From: Neodothiora populina | Lineage: Eukaryota | Assembly: GCF_041146345.1 (NCBI RefSeq) | Contig: NW_027191411.1 | Span: 62,001-126,000, forward strand | Reading direction: 5' to 3' | Length of the DNA stretch: 64,000 nucleotides | Part shown: piece by piece, positions 62,407-64,000 of the stretch | Numbering within the stretch: the first letter of the stretch is position 1 | How the letters are laid out: each line of letters starts with the position of its first letter | The notes under the pieces: generated by a model | The model's input: only the letters and a program-made list of their open reading frames with translations | Told to the model about the DNA's origin: nothing | Database searches by the model: none | Translations under genes and position numbers: made by a program

Positions 62407-63827
62407 TCAGTCAAGATCGTCATTGCTCGTCGCTGCTGTCGTTGATGATGCCGTCGGCTTTGTGGCGGGATAGAAGTCCAACTTGCCGCCCTCGCCCAGC
62501 AGTCCCTCGCGATCGTAATGGCTTCGGGCGCGCAGGTACGGGTCGAGGGTCCAGTAGTTTTCTTGCAGTTTGTCCTTTACCGCGCTTCGTTCGCTGCCGC
62601 CGCGTCCGCTGTCGCTCGCCCAGGAGATGGTGTCTCGCTCGTAGGCATCGACGAGCGACTTGCGCTCGGCCTCGATGGTGGCGCGTTGGGATGCGCCCTG
62701 CTCCATGACCTTGTTCTCGCCGGCGACGGGCTCAATGTACTTGTACTCGAAGGCTTCGTCGCCGTCCAGCTCCTTCATGATGCGGTCGCGCGGGATATAC
62801 GTCTGCAGCTCGTCGATGTTCTTCGCGAAGTGGATCTTCGAGGCGACGACGGGATCTAACCAGCCCTTGATGATGCGCCAGATCTGGTTGAAGACCCAGG
62901 GGGCCTTGTAGACGACGACACTTCCGAGGGACTCGGGGTAGTTTGCTTCGAAGCACTTGATCATGAACTTCACGGGAGCGTAGTCCTAGACGTTGGGTGT
63001 CAGTAGCCAATCGCGAAAAAGGAGAGAGAGAATAGAAGACTCACCATGTTGGCCATGCTGAAGCTGGTCATGTCGAAAATGATGGTGGCGGTGTCGACAT
63101 TGCCCCTCAACAGCATGCGCGCCGTCTCAATGGTATAGACAGTGTAACGCTCGAGACTCTTCTCCGTCTGCTCGCCGCCCTTGTGCAGACGTACTCTGAC
63201 CGTCACGACGGGTCTGCCTTCCTTGTCGACGCCGTGAATGACACTCTTACCCATGCGCAATTGTGTCAGGAAGTCGGCCGAGTCCTTGTCCGAGTCCTTG
63301 CGCTTGAAGGCGCCCTCTTCTCCGTGCAGCATTATGTCGTCGTCGACGTGCATCTCCTCTGCGCGCCAGTGCATGGTCGCGATGAGCATGACAAGAGCAT
63401 TGTGGACGTCCCATTTCCTCGCGCGCAGGAATCGAAGAAGCAGAGCGTCGGGGTCGTCGTGCTTGACCATGTTCCAGAAGGCCAGGCGCAATGTCTCGGG
63501 CGAGGTCGAGGCGATGGCCTCCTTGAACTCTCTGGTCTGACCGTGCTTGTCGTTGGATGCGTCGTCTGCGGCGGAAGATGAAGCGGCCGACTCGGCGTCC
63601 TTTGTCTTTTTGGATTTGAACAGGCTCATCTTCTTCTTGTGTTTGCCTCCAGCATCGGTCGCGGGGGTCGCGGTGCCGCTGGCGGAGGCGGTCGTGGTCG
63701 AAGCATCGTCCGAGGTTTCAGTGTCGACACCGAAGACATTCAGAGTGGCGATCCAGAACTCCTTGAGCTTCTTCTCCTGCTCAGGAGTGAGATTGCCGGG
63801 ACGACCGGGAGGGGTTTGGGTGGGCAT
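62407..63827 (-). CDS. CSR1: CRAL-TRIO/Sec14-family phosphatidylinositol transfer protein (CSR1/SFH2-like), 2 exons; frame stays open upstream to the window edge
   Basis: PGRPGNLTPEQE.KL, DDPDALLLRFLRARKWDV, G.DKEGRP, FDMTSFSMANM/DY.PVKFMIKCFEANYPESLG, IIKGWLDPVVASK. Intron 63044-62986. Confidence 0.88.
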
Positions 63828-64000
63828 ATCAGGATATGCGCGCGACGATGTCGTTTCGACGGGGGACTCGGCGGGGTCGTCAAGCGGGGCGGCGGCGGCG
63901 GCGGCGGCGGCGGCGGACTTGGAATGCAGATATGGTTCTGCAAAGTATGCAGCACCGAGCACGACAGAAGCGACAAGCAGTAGAGTCAGAGGGTCGACAG

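Overview
Gene-dense, intron-containing eukaryotic DNA (GT..AG introns with CTRAC/CTAAY branch points) from a filamentous ascomycete, with about 27 protein genes. No rRNA, tRNA, CRISPR array or intact transposon was recognised. Recognisable conserved genes are PKR1, RMI1, SmD1, ApsB/Mto1, Hsp12, AMMECR1, JJJ1, an SPX-RING E3 ligase, a LaeA-like methyltransferase and a CSR1-type Sec14 protein. The most notable accessory block is a six-gene candidate nitrogen-scavenging cluster at 12.5-26.7 kb: MFS transporter, amidase, PuuE-type allantoinase-like hydrolase, PPR1/UaY-like Zn2Cys6 regulator, Fe/2OG dioxygenase and DUR3-type urea transporter. Two of its promoter regions share a 19-bp composite CGG-N4-CCG/GATAAG element. 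Other accessory features: an amidase + siderophore transporter + FMN split-barrel module (0.3-6.2 kb), a decayed PNP_UDP-NB-ARC-TPR NLR, a regulator with two Zn2Cys6 clusters beside an acyltransferase interrupted by one in-frame TGA, and two small spliced genes poorly shown by the ORF track (a secreted beta/gamma-crystallin-like protein and a Cys-rich CaaX protein). Family calls come from motif recognition by eye, not database searches; exon boundaries were read manually and may be off by a few bases.
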